This document shows positions 24,801 to 36,715 of a DNA stretch of 64,000 nucleotides, one piece after another. The notes beneath the pieces were generated by a model. It was not told the origin of the DNA, did no database searches, and saw only the letters and a list, made by a program, of their open reading frames with translations. This DNA comes from Oikopleura dioica. Taxonomy: Eukaryota > Animalia > Chordata. The stretch's first letter is position 1. Each line of letters opens with the position of its first letter. Where the stretch lies: assembly GCA_907165135.1 (NCBI GenBank), contig OU015566.1:9300001-9364000 (forward strand), written 5' to 3'. Made by a program: the position numbers and the translations under genes.

Positions 24801-27800
24801 GAACCAGAAACAGATGTCATCACTAACACTGAACAGAAGCGAACAAAGACAGTTGTTGGTTTCACGCCTCATAAACTTGGTCCGATCACAAACGCGACGC
24901 TCACTTTACAAGTCGCCCATGGAATAGCCTACACTTTAGAGTTCGTTGGAACCTGCGTGCCTCCAGGTGTCAAATTCAGCTTCTTTGAGCACAACTTTGG
25001 TCCTACATTCCTGTTCAAGCCTGGTATGCCAGATACCTCAAAAGAATTGGTTATAGAAAATCACGACTTGAAAGAAATCTCTGTTGAAATGAGATCTAAG
25101 AAGAAGAAGGACTGGTATAGCTGCGAATTTGCGCCTATACTACTAAGACATCGACAGAAGGCCACTTGCAAATTTGTCTTCAGGCCTACAACTTGCAGAT
25201 CATTCACTGACACCGTTGAATTCGTCATCAATGGCTTGTCCGTTTATGAAGTTACCATAAGCGGCAAAGGAGTGGATCTTCGGCTTGAGCTTAGAAAACC
25301 GATTCCACGAGGAGAAATACGTTTGGGAGCAATCCGCGCAGGACAGAGCGTGACAAAGCTCATTCCAATCGTGAACAGATCATCTGCTACCGCGGAGTTC
25401 CAAATCGTCCAGGCTTTTAGATGTGAAGGCCTCAACCAAAACGGTGTCATTGGAATCAGCCCCGGTGGTATGATGAAACTTGAGCCAAAAGAAAGCATCG
25501 ACGTTGCTGTAACATTTGCGCCAAGTTCACGACTTCCAGCGTTCAAGGAGCATCTTTTGCTTGAGTGCATGGATATTTCAAAGCACTTCTTGACCATAAC
25601 TGGCGCTTGCCATGCCGTGCAAGTCTCCTTAGATCAAGATGCGATTCCATTCGCACCAGCGAATCCGAGATCGTCTACTGAACGACGGCTTATCATGAGC
25701 AACACTGGCGACATCGGCGTTGGCTTCGAGTGGGACACAGATCAACTTACAAAGGACTTTTCCATTAACCCGCTCAAAGGATACCTTAGTGCAGGAAATT
25801 CAATGGCTATTACAGTTTCTTTCCATCCAAAACACGTCAGCCAGGATATCCGATGTGACGCGATTGAATGCAAAATCGAAGGAAGTGACAGTTTATTCTT
25901 GACTTTGACTGGTACTTGCGTCCCCGTCAACACAACCAAAGAACAACCAACTCCATTCCAGTGTCTTGTTCGTTCCCGGGTTACCAAATCCGTCTCAATC
26001 AGGAACCCAACTGCTCATACATGGACTCTTAATCCAATCATTGACGGTATTAACGCCAACTACTGGAGCGGTCCTGAAGCCGTTTCTATCGAGCCATATG
26101 GAACTCGTGCAGTTGATTTCGTCTATCATCCGCTTTCCATGTTACCACCAGGCAGAAAACACAATGCGTCTGTATTCTTCCCCTTACCGGATGGAAATGG
26201 CCTCCATTTTCCATTTGTCGGACATGCAGATGCGCCGAAGCCGATCGCCATTCCTACTCGAGACGTTCCGTGCAAAACGAAGCACATCGAACTTCTCAAG
26301 ATTGAAAATTGGCTTCGTCAGCGACAACGACTCCGTGTGTCTATCGAAATGGTGTCACCTGATAAGCTCGACGCCTCGATCAAACTTCATGGGCCCGAGT
26401 ATATCGATGTTCCTGCTCTTGACACCGTTAATTACGAGTTGACTTTTTCTTCTCACAAAGAAGGCAACCTCAGTGCAAAGTTGTACTTCAAGAACGAAGT
26501 GACGAACGAGTACATCTTGTACATGGTAAAATTCAAAACCACTCAGCAGACCACCTTCGAAACAATCACGATGAACTCCCTTGTTCGCAGCGCAGCCACG
26601 CATAATATCAAGATCTTTAATCCGATGCAGACGCCCGCCCAATTCCAGAGTGAATGCAAAGTGACCGATGTAACCGTACCCGGCATTTTCACCATTCCAC
26701 CACAAACAAACGGACAAGTCTCTGTCGAATACCTGCCCAGAGTTTGAAATGCTCGCAAATGCTCGCGAACGCAAAGAGCGAGAGCAAAAATTTATCATTG
26801 CTTTGAGAGCAGGGGAGCGGGAGCATGAAAATAAAGTTGCTCGAGAGCCAAAAGAGCGCGAGCCCAAATTTGAAACCGCTCGCGAGCGCGGAGAGCACGA
26901 GCGCATATGTCGGCAATGCTCGGGAGCTAGACGAGCGGGAGCGGCTGCTCTCGTGCTCGCCATGGAATTGACTCACGAGCGGCTCGCGAGCAAAATTAAA
27001 GGAACAATTTTTTGCGTTATTATTCATTTTCATGGATAAATTTCTCTCGTGGATCAGTTTTTCGCGTTTCCGATTTGTGCAAGTTTCATTAGGTCCGTAA
27101 TCTCGGCAGCGGAACGCGAAAAGCCGAGAGTAAACAGATAAAAGATGCCCACCGCGAAGTGCTAACTCCTGTGAGAGGGACTCATTTGGAATTAGTTACG
27201 GGGTCGCTGAATCATTTTAGGCTCTTGAAAGCTGCTCGCGAGTCAGATTTTTCAGCTCGCGAGCCAATCGAGCGAGAGCAAAATTTGACCAGTGCTCGGG
27301 AGCCAGGAGAGCGAGAGCGCGTAATAAAATGTGCTCGCGAGCGCAAAGAGCGCGAACGCTGAAATAAATGCGCTCGGGAGCACAAAGAGCATCATGCTCG
27401 TGCTCGCTCGCTCTCAAGTGAGCCGCTCGCGAGTCTCGAAAATTTCAAACTCTGTACCTGCCTTTGAAGGTGGGCGAGTCGACCGGCCGCTTGACTTTTA
27501 CGAATCCGGATTTGGGAATCTTCCAGTATGACTTGAACTTGTGTGGTATCGCTGGAAAGCCAGAATCGCCGACTTACTTCGAAACTCCGCTTGGACAGAC
27601 TCACTCTGTCAGCATCAAGTTCATGAATCTGGCGAAGAAAAAGACCGAGTTCAACGCAAAGCTGACTTCGACAAAGGACTTCCAAGTAGAGCGAACTATC
27701 GCCGCGAATGCATCATCCGAAGTAATCGTCGAAGTCACCTTCGATCCAAGTGCGATTGGTTCGTCTAAGGCAACGCTTATTCTAACCTCTTTCTCTGGAG

Positions 27801-28270
27801 GAGAGTTCCAGTTCCCTCTTGTTGGAAAATGCACACCTCCAAAACCTCAAGGACCATTTTTCATCAAGGCAAGATCGTCTATGACAATTCCGTTCAGAAA
27901 TGTTCTGACGAAAGCGGCTGATTACAGGTAAGATTGTTGATAGATCTACAGTAGCTTTAAATAGTCGAATAAAGTAAATAGAATAAGTAAAACATAATAT
28001 TTCAGATTGACCCTCGACAATCCAGCTTTCTCGATAGTCCGTGATCTGGAAACCATCAAGTCGAAGCGAGTTTGCCACATCAACATTCACTTCGAAAACA
28101 TCCCGGAGAACTTCTCAGGCGACTTCATCACGGGAAAACTTACGATCACCTCGCCGAAAGCTCTTCCTGGAACGTCTTGGGAATTCTACTTGAAAGGACA
28201 AGGCACTGGAATCAAGGACAGAACTATGTCAGTCTTTGCAAGTAAGTTTTTAAACCAGGTTCCTACGTAA
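12860..28270 (+). CDS. HYDIN: HYDIN, axonemal central pair protein (~4800 aa). Inferred exons 12860-12920, 13009-13709, 13790-26741, 27470-27927, 28006-28270. Two 1-nt frameshifts (19190-93, 21806-10) and a transposon insertion (26738-27454).
   Basis: Matches HYDIN motifs: MSLTTE..., FQAFPSEIVFQNF, LRNNDK, KIAPG, repeated ASH/MSP-like domains, a kinase-like GPTQSGKT segment, HGPFLIYPGFG and C-terminal WEFYLKG. Intron phases are consistent. Confidence 0.96.
26738..27454. mobile_element. 717-bp non-autonomous hAT-like MITE inserted in a HYDIN coding exon
   Basis: Perfect 13-bp TIRs CAGAGTTTGAAAT (26738-50) / ATTTCAAACTCTG (27442-54) and an 8-bp TSD TACCTGCC (26730-37, 27455-62). Subterminal arms are dense in GCTCGCGAGC/GAGC motifs. 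Removing element+TSD restores E-Y-L-P-L-K-V-G. Confidence 0.95.
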
Positions 28271-28561
28271 AAGTGAGGTTTCTAGCCATTGCAGCTTCAA
28301 CGAAATTGAAAGCCAATGACGGACAACGTAAAGAAGATACACATTTAAATATTTAAATTCAACAAATACCTTCACTTCTAATATTATACACATATAATAA
28401 ATTATCACACACACATTATACACATCGCTCGCAAAGAATTCAATAGCTCTTTGTGAGATATACAAACATATCATATATGATTTAATCATTTTATTCGAAA
28501 TGTACAGTTGTGTCTTTTCTAAGAGAGGCAGGGTCGGAAATGCAAGAGAGCAGAGCATAAT

Positions 28562-29371
28562 TTACATTTTCTTGGGGTCTTGTATCCTCAGCCCACAATT
28601 AGAACAGCAGATGTCATAGCTTCCCGTTTGCCAGCAATATATGTTCATCGTCAGCGTGTTATCTTTGTTGCATATTCCACAACTGACGGATTTTAGGCAT
28701 TTCTGATAGATCCCCAGTCGGTTGACAACGATAGGGTCGGATAGTTCGTTTCGGCTCCCTTGGATTGTTTTCGTCGTAAGTCTTGCCCGGATCTTCTTGG
28801 TCGGGTGGTTTTTTATATCGATAAAGTCGACTTTGAGGTCGTTATCTTTGATAAATTCAGAATGAAAGTTTTCATAAAACTATATTGAATTTAAAATTCT
28901 AAAAACAAATTTCGAATCTTTTCCTATCTGGATCACTTTAACCCCTTGTGAGAGAGAAACAGACGGACAGGGAGTAGAGAAAGAATTCGGATCCATTGGT
29001 GGAACTCGAGAATCCACTGACGGACGAGGAGATTCAACAGGGGGAACAGGAGAATCATCAATACGCTCTGTTTTAACAGAATCATCCGACAAACTCGAAC
29101 TTTCAGGTAATGGAAGGACCAAAAACGGCCGCGAAGAAGCGTCATCAGTAGGTTCTGTTTTAACTGATTCGCCAGATATGCTGGAGCTATCGTCGGGAAG
29201 AAGGGAGACTGAAGAAACTGCGGTTTTCGTTGACGCTTCCGAACGATCATCAGGGGACGCGGACATCGCCCTCCTCTTTTCTGTTGACGAGAAGATGGGA
29301 GTGACACTACGTCGTTTCATCTCCAGAAAATCCTGCAACGAATGTGAAGGGGGAGTATCTGATGTTTGCAT
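28562..29371 (-). CDS. Orphan protein: Ser/Pro/Asp-rich N-terminus with two VKTE motifs and a C-terminal zinc ribbon (CGIC...CSNC)
   Basis: Exon 1 MQTSDTPP...SQGVK|gtgatc, ~50-nt intron ending atatag, then an open exon FYENFHSEF...CLKSVSCGICNKDNTLTMNIYCWQTGSYDICCSNCGLRIQDPKKM*. Confidence 0.65.
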
Positions 29372-29574
29372 CTTTGTCTTTCTCAGCCTATTCTTTCCTT
29401 CTTTTTCAAATAAATCTAAATAATTGACCTTATGAGTAAATTTCAAAAGCATTTATCGAATTTTATAATGAAGAAGTTTTGTCAATGGCAGCAGGATAAA
29501 ATTCAAGACATAGTTTTTCAACGAAATCGTCCAATTCCTTCTCTTTGGGTTCTTGAAAGTTTTCAAAAATGAAT

Positions 29575-30678
29575 TTATAAGTAAATATTTTTCTTAAAAT
29601 TGATTGTATCAACTGTGTTAAATATTAAAGATGTGTTATTTGAAAGCAATCCTAGATATTTTCGATATAAAATGCCACCGAAAAAGCCTCCCGTAAAGTT
29701 TCCCTGAGCAAATGCCATCCCGTAAGGGAAAAATATCCCCGATAAATACATCATCGTTAACGCATATGCAATCATCATCGGAATAGTTAGCACTGCCGGC
29801 GAAAAGAATACTCGGTTAGCCTCAGATAGCATTTGATTAGTTGCATCCTCACCTGAAATAAAACTAAAAATATAAAATTCAAGAAATAATCTTACTGAAT
29901 CCTTTGATAGAATTGTAACCAACAAAGCCGCCGACGATGCTAAGTCCTCCGACGGAGCGGAACTTTAGGCGATATCGTGATAATAAAAATGCACTGAAAA
30001 AGGAGCCAAGCAACATGCCTATTCCACCAGATATGATCGCGTTTTCCCATTTATTCTGAATGTTTGAAGCATAAGATTTTGTTTCATGTAAAGGTGATAC
30101 CTTGAATTGATTGTTACTTCCCATTAGATAATAATAACATCCACCCATGGTCAGACAACCCTTCCATAGATTAGATTCAACAAACGGCGCCAGAACTCCA
30201 ACATTACTTTTACTCTGGGCCAATCTTTTCAAAAGAGGATAAGTAAATCTTCTCAGAAATCCAATGTTAAAGAAAAGGAAAGATCCACCAACAACAAGGC
30301 CGATAGTTTTGAAGATTTGCGCAAATTCTTCTCGTACTTTTGGCGAAAAGTTAATAATTTTCTTTTCGGTCAAGTCGTTTCTGATCCGGTAGATGGACAT
30401 GCCGCCAATAAGAGCTGATCCACCAAGAAGAGTCCAAAGAAGATGGCGAAAAGTGTTCAACAACCATCTTCCAGCTGAAACCATCCCGGAAGCTTCCATC
30501 TCCCTCCATGATAAATTCCTGCAAGCCGGAAAAGGGTTCACAAACTCTATTTTCTACCGCTTTAATGTTTCTTGCCAAAACCCCGCCCTAAAGGACAGAA
30601 AAGAGGGAACCTAAAAGCACTCTCGTGAATAATCTTTTTCGCGACTTTATCAAGGCCTCTTCTCAGATCCCTCCTCAT
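29575..30678 (-). CDS. Divergent GHITM/TMBIM5-like multi-pass mitochondrial membrane protein (Bax inhibitor-1 family); 5' structure unresolved
   Basis: Multiple Gly-rich TM segments. GRW...GGSALIGGMSIY, F..KVREEF, VGGLSIV and C-terminal LIFNTVDTINF resemble GHITM. An Arg-rich start MRRDLRRG is possible. Confidence 0.5.
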
Positions 30679-30869
30679 TTTCAGGCTGTTCAAAATTCCA
30701 TGCGCTAGAAATGCCCTTTTCGAAACTAAGCCCGACATCGTTTCTATAAAAAATAGAATAAGTCTCTAGCCTTTATGAAAATAAAACTTTATTATAAGAA
30801 AGATATGATTGTGGTTGATCTAACAGTAGTGATACAGATAGTCTGAGAATTGAGATGACCACAAGAACT

Positions 30870-31670
30870 TCATTTGCCGAAGATGTAATGCTCGAAGTCC
30901 TGTAAACATGATTGAGAACGATTGTTAAAAAGAAAGCTCGTACCTCTGAAAGTTCACGATCTGGAAGACACTTGCCAAAGGCCTCTAGTAAAAGTTGCTC
31001 GGATTGCACTGACGATTCAAAGTCTCCTTTCGAAAGTTTGCTGTTTTTATCGATGTCCTGAAAAACGCGCCTGAAAACAACGAAGACTAGCAAAGAAATA
31101 AATACCATTTTCTTGAGAGTGATTTCGACTAATTCTTTGACTCCTTCATCTGGGTCTTCTTCGGCCGGTTGCTTGACGAGACAGTTTTTGAGAAGCTGGA
31201 ACATTTCTTCGCGGGAAATGAAACCGTCACCGTTAAGATCATAAACTCGGAATGAATCTGAAATGAATCATAAGCCGACCAATTTCGGTGAGTGCCTTAC
31301 AGTCAGTTTTTTCTTCAAGAGAACCACGGAGGAAAATCGACAGGCCAAGAACCCAATCTTTCATTGAGATAAGAGAATCTGAGTCAGCATCGAAGGCGCG
31401 GAAAACTCGATCCATGAGGATTTCTTCGGTCATTCGAAAGTGTTCATGCAGCAGATCACTATCAAAAGAGAAAATTGATGTTCCGAGGATAGTTGCCTAC
31501 CGGAATTGGTTTCTATCTAAAAATGGGCGCTTATTATTCTTTGTTAGTTCTGTGAAGACGAGCAGGAGCTTTTCGATTTCAATTTTGTCGAAGTGCACGT
31601 TTTTCTGATTTGCGAGGTCTTCCGCTTGTTTTTGCAGGTTCTTCTTGTTTATCGAATTGAGCTGCTGCAT
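30870..31670 (-). CDS. CLXN: Calaxin (EF-hand dynein-docking Ca2+ sensor, EFCAB1/CLXN)
   Basis: Spliced translation gives [100 protein letters not shown]. Confidence 0.93.
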
Positions 31671-31788
31671 TTTCAATCTATCGACTGAACTGTTTTAATA
31701 TAAACTGGCTGGAAAGGCAGGTGAAATGAACGGTAAACGGATATGTTCTAGAGATTTTATTAAACAGAGCCTGGCATCATTCAACGCT

Positions 31789-32593
31789 TTATAATTTGTC
31801 TTTCTTAGTTGTTCCGGCGATAGAAGGTCCGTGTGGAAAGGCCAAGTCCGAAGGGACTTCACAAACGTGCCAGTGAAGCTTTTCTTTGGGAGAGTTGTTT
31901 GGCTGTCGACCACGAGTGCGAGCATCGAAGCCTGACATCTGAAGACGATTTATTTTCAAATATATTCTGAAGAAGACTTACAGAATTACAAATGAATCGC
32001 CACTGGTTCATGTCTAGCTTCTGATTTACATCTTCGAACATTTCGTTGATTACTTTTTGAGAATAAAGGCCATCCGTTCGCTCGCCATTTAAAAATCGCT
32101 CTTTCTTCGCGTTATAATCGCTCAAAGCGGTTTGACAGCATGTTAAATACGCCTTTTGGACATCTGAGAACAATCAAACATTAATTTTTTCGAACAAATT
32201 CTACCTAAACAAGGCGTATTGTCGTAGTCATTATCTCGCATGCACCGCATGAGATTACTCAACTCCGCATCGCAAGGATTTCCAATGGGCAAACTCTTTT
32301 CTGCGGCATAACTTCCCTCGACTAAACCATTAGATCTTGCAAAGGGCCGTTTTGCTGTATGAGAAGTTCCGTAACGAGTAGCAGTATTTGGCCGGCAGTA
32401 GATATCGCCAGTCTTTCTAAAAGAAAGATATTTGATCGAGCAAGAGATAAATTTATTACCCAGCTTCAGATTTAAACTGTGACATCCATTTTCCCGCCTC
32501 GCGCTCGAGTCTTCTAACTTTCGGATTGCTCAATGAAGATTTGTGAAGCAAATAAGCATGCTTGACATTAATATTATTCGGCCGATTCGCCAT
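31789..32593 (-). CDS. CHCHD1: CHCHD1 / mitoribosomal mS37-like twin CX9C protein with N- and C-terminal extensions (4 exons)
   Basis: CDAELSNLMRC-MRDNDYDNTP-CLDVQKAYLTC (two CX9C motifs) followed by a basic helix and ...LYSQKVINEMF. Canonical GT-AG introns of ~41 nt. Confidence 0.7.
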
Positions 32594-32686
32594 CTTAATG
32601 TTTTCGATTAATTTTAAATTTATAAAAAATAATGTCTTCAGCAGCGTACAAAAATAGTATGAAAAAAGAGAGAGAAAGGTAAATAT

Positions 32687-34058
32687 TCAGGATAAATTGA
32701 GCTCTTGTTTAGCTGAAGCCAAAAGCTCTTGTATTTGCTCCTCTGAGATCGATTCTTCAAGCTCAAAGTGGCTCAAGCTCTCATGATCTGCTTCAGAAGC
32801 GGAAACAGTGGATATCCTCTCGAGTTCCATTTGAAATTCTTCGAGCATTTTGGTAATGTCATCTGAGCGCGGCTCTCTTGCGGAATCTTCCCCGTCTTCT
32901 ACGTCTTTAATCGCTAATAACTGCGTGCTTCCGGTTCTTAGACTCGCTTGACTTTGTAAGAAGCTCAATCGCGAGTCGATTTCTCGAAGGCGCTTTTCTG
33001 ACCTTGAGTCTTCGATGTTGACGGGGACGAGTGCCGTGGAGGAGAATTTGTTTTCAAGCTCGGTGTTTATTTGAGCCAATCTTTTCACGGATAATTATTG
33101 TTATAAATCGAGATTAAGCATAAAAAGCTTGAAAATATAGTTTCTTCCGTTCCTTATTTCTGTATCAGTATTTTTCTCTTCTTCATCTTCCGTGGCCAGA
33201 ATCGCTTCCAATCTATCCCTTTCATTTTTTGTCAAAATGTCGCCTGACGCGGCGAGTTCTTTGTTTCGCTCAATGAAGTTCGCCCTCTTTTCAGATCGCT
33301 CTAAAAGACGCGCTAATTCTTCGTCCTCTTCTTCCCCCAGAAGGGATTCTACTTTGGTTGGAACTGCTTGAGCCCCCTCCTCGAGAACTTCAGTTTGGTA
33401 GAAGATCCGTTCGTCCACATCCGTCATGTTTGATTCTAAATCATACATTTATCACTAGGGCTACCACATAAAATTACTCGAAAAATTATACATAAATTAT
33501 CACCAATTACCAACTAACATATCTACCTGAAGAAGAGGCGGAAATAAGATCCCTTGGTGTTCTGTGACTTCCCGAACCATCTCTTAATTTGCCCTGTTCG
33601 GAAGAAGAGCCCGCTTCGAGTTGGTGCACCAGGTCAGGGTATTCTTTAAAATACAAATCTTCCAGCACAGAAACACCCTTTTTGCCCAACAAATGCCGAA
33701 GCTTGTAAAAGCCTTCAGCATTTTCTTTTCTCAAAGTCTCAGTTTCCTCACGAATCTGCATCTGTCGCGCTCGTAATTCAACAAGAGTCAAATCATTTGA
33801 CTGAATCTTTGCTAAATTGCTACTTTGATTGAAATTCTAAAGGATTATAAAATTACCCAGGCCGCGTTTGAGTTTTTGATCTTCTTCCGATTCAAAGCTC
33901 TTTTTCTCCTTGCCCGATTTTGATCGTCTCGATTTTCTATCTCCACTAGATCTGACTGTATCCTCGCAATCATCGACTGGAATATTCAATTCGCGAGGCG
34001 GTTCTGGGGACAGAATTTCCATCGAACGAAAGGAACTTACACTCTCCCGTCCATTCAT
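32687..34058 (-). CDS. FSIP1: Fibrous sheath-interacting protein 1-like
   Basis: NFIERNKELA...ERDRLEAIL, RLAQINTEL, RLREIDSRL and ISEEQIQELL match the FSIP1 pattern. Confidence 0.75.
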
Positions 34059-34103
34059 TCTAATAAAAAGAAGTTGAGACAACTTTTACTTTCGGACGAG
34101 ATT

Positions 34104-36603
34104 TTAGTTCATGTCTCTTTTAAAGTTATGAATATGCATCAAAAGCTCTGGCTTTCCAAGCTGGACTGCAACATCGGCCAAACTGGCGAGAAGTTTTCCA
34201 ACGTCGGGTTCAGAATACTTCATCCCGTTTGTAGTGCGCTTGAAGTTTTCGCGAAGCGTAAATTGGTCTGGACTGTCCAAAAACTCTTCTTGCCAGAGGT
34301 ACTTTTTCTCTGCCTGGGCGAAGGAAATTTCATTATTGGTAAGTTGATGGATCAATGGAGCGACTTCGTTGACATTAATCCGGAGTTGAGTGAGTGTGTC
34401 ACGATCCCGGAGAGAAACTTTAATAAGCTTTCGCAAATTGTCGACTGTTGAAATAAATCATAATTTTTGAAAAGCTTTCCTGTGGCAGGAGAGTATCTGA
34501 AGGTATCATAATCGATGACAACCCCATACGGAACTCCAATTTCATCAATCAAACTATACTTTCTGCCGATAGTTTTTCCTCCAGTGTCTGACCGATAATC
34601 AACATTCAAAGCGGACAGTTGATCACAAATTAATTTTGAAATAGAATGAGCTTTTTCATCCAATTCTTTGATGTTGACAATCGTCATAACGGAAGTCTTG
34701 TATGGTGCAAGAGCGGGCTAAAGTACGAATTTGAAAATCAATGAGATGCTGGAAACATACTGGAAAGGTGAAGAACTTTCTCCCATCAACTTCTCTCTGC
34801 TGAAAGTTGTGCTCAAGAAGCGCAACTAGAATCCTTCCAAGACCAAAGGACGGTTCAATGACTTCAGGATAAAAAGACTCCACTTGAACATTTCTGATTT
34901 CTTCTTTTATCAATAGTTCGTTTTTCGCAACTGAGACGCCCTCGATTTCGATAAAATCAGAATCATCTTCTGATATTCTTTGAATCTGCTCCTGGTTCAT
35001 GCTCTTGACGAATTTGAGTACTTCCGGTGTCTTTTTGAACTTTTTCGGAGCCTTGACTTTGATTCCATAGATTTTTACCGGTTTAGGTTCTGTTAGCTGC
35101 CTTTCTGCCATCAGACTTGTTCCACTCGCCTCAACGTGATTTTTAAGATCATAAGAGCCACGATTAGCCAATCCTCCACACTCTATCCAGCCCTGCCGTG
35201 TCATTATTTCCAAATCCCAGCAATCTTTAGCATAATGCGCAAGCTCGTGTTCCAGGTGCTGTCTGAATCTGATCTTCGACTGATCGATTCCGAGAGTCAT
35301 CAGAAATTGAAAAGTCTTGACCAGATATGATGCTAAAATTGGCGAGCTAACAATCCCAGACTGAAGAATCTCATCGACTTTGAGCGCTTGAATGCTACGA
35401 CCGCTTGTTTGAGCATCTCTCGAAAGAACAGGCAATACTTGCTCAAGCTCTGGCGAATTTAATTTGATATCATCGTCTTTAGGATCGTAGAAATGCTGCA
35501 ATTCCATCATCTGAAACTCTCGGCAACGTAGTAGGCCCCCACTAGCTTTGATCTCATTTCGAAATGATGTTCCAATTTGAGCGACTGAAAATGGCAAGTT
35601 TCCGTTATTGTGATGGAGTATCCTTGGGAACACTGTGTACACGCCTTGACTTGTTTCCGGCCGAAGAAAACCGAAATTATCACCACTTTCGTCCGGTCCA
35701 AGTTTGCAAGAAAACATCAGCTTGAAATTCGTCGGCGCTGAGAAAACCCCTTCGCCGAAATATTTCCTCAGTAGTTTTTCAATGACTGAATGGTCTGGCG
35801 ATTCCACCAACAAAAGATCTTCTTCAAGCTCTTTTGCGGAGAATTTATTTGAAGATCTTTCTTTCTCGATCTTTGAAGAAAGCAGCTGATCAACTCTGAA
35901 AAATTCTCCAGTTTTGATTTCTTTCACCATCATATCGGCAAATTTTTCGGTGTGGCCAGATCCTTGAAGAACTTTCTCGGGCGTCATGATTGCCGTGTCA
36001 ATTTCAAAAACAGTTGGCTTGCCATTTACGAAGATTTTTTTCCATGCATTGATGACGTTATTCTTCAACTTTGTTCCAAGCGGCCCAAAGTCGTATAATC
36101 CCGCTCCTCCGCCATAAATCTCTCCACTTTGAGCATAAATAAACCGGTTTTTAATAGTTTGAACGAAGCCAGCGGAGTCGAAGAAGTCGTCAGCCAGAAG
36201 AATTTCGCGTTCAAGGTCTTCGAGTTCCTTTTTCAATTTCTTTAATATCGTTACTTCTTCTTTTACGTCCGGATCATTTTTTAACTTCATGGATTTTATC
36301 TTCTCTGCTTGAGTTTTAATATTTTCTTGAGTTGGGCCGAGCTGTTGCCGTACTCGCTCTTGGCCTTCGATCGTCTTCAAAAAGTCTTCAAACTACTAAT
36401 TTCTTACTCGAAAGAAATTCGTCTACTAGAGCATGAAAACCTTCCCATAAGTCGAACCTCTTCTGTCTACGCAAAGCCTCAAGCTCTCTCCTTCTCGCCT
36501 CACCTTCAAGAACGACTGCTTTTGAATTTTGTGGAGTCACCGCTTCGAATCTTCTAGCGGATGTGCCAAGAAGTCGCCTGATTCCGACATTATATTTGTA
36601 CAT
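34104..36603 (-). CDS. GARS: Glycyl-tRNA synthetase (eukaryote-type alpha2, WHEP domain), divergent, with N-terminal mitochondrial presequence and ~50-aa C-terminal extension
   Basis: IYGG.AGLYDFGPLG, LRPETSQG, FRNEI, AHYAKDCWD, GWIEC, IEPSFGLGRI, DEIGVPY and SLRDRD. Upstream exon MYKYNVGIRRLLGTSARRF. Confidence 0.92.
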
Positions 36604-36715
36604 TGTCTGAGCCACAAATCTGTATAAATTTGAATGAACACTAAAATTGTCATTGGAAAGGAAAAAGTTTATTTTTTCACTAGGAATGCTGACAGTGTGA
36701 TGGCAGAGTGTGATT

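Noticed and set aside
26749-27531. Short Arg/Glu/Ala-rich ORFs
   Set aside because: They are translations of the GAGC/GCTCGCGAGC subterminal repeats of the MITE.
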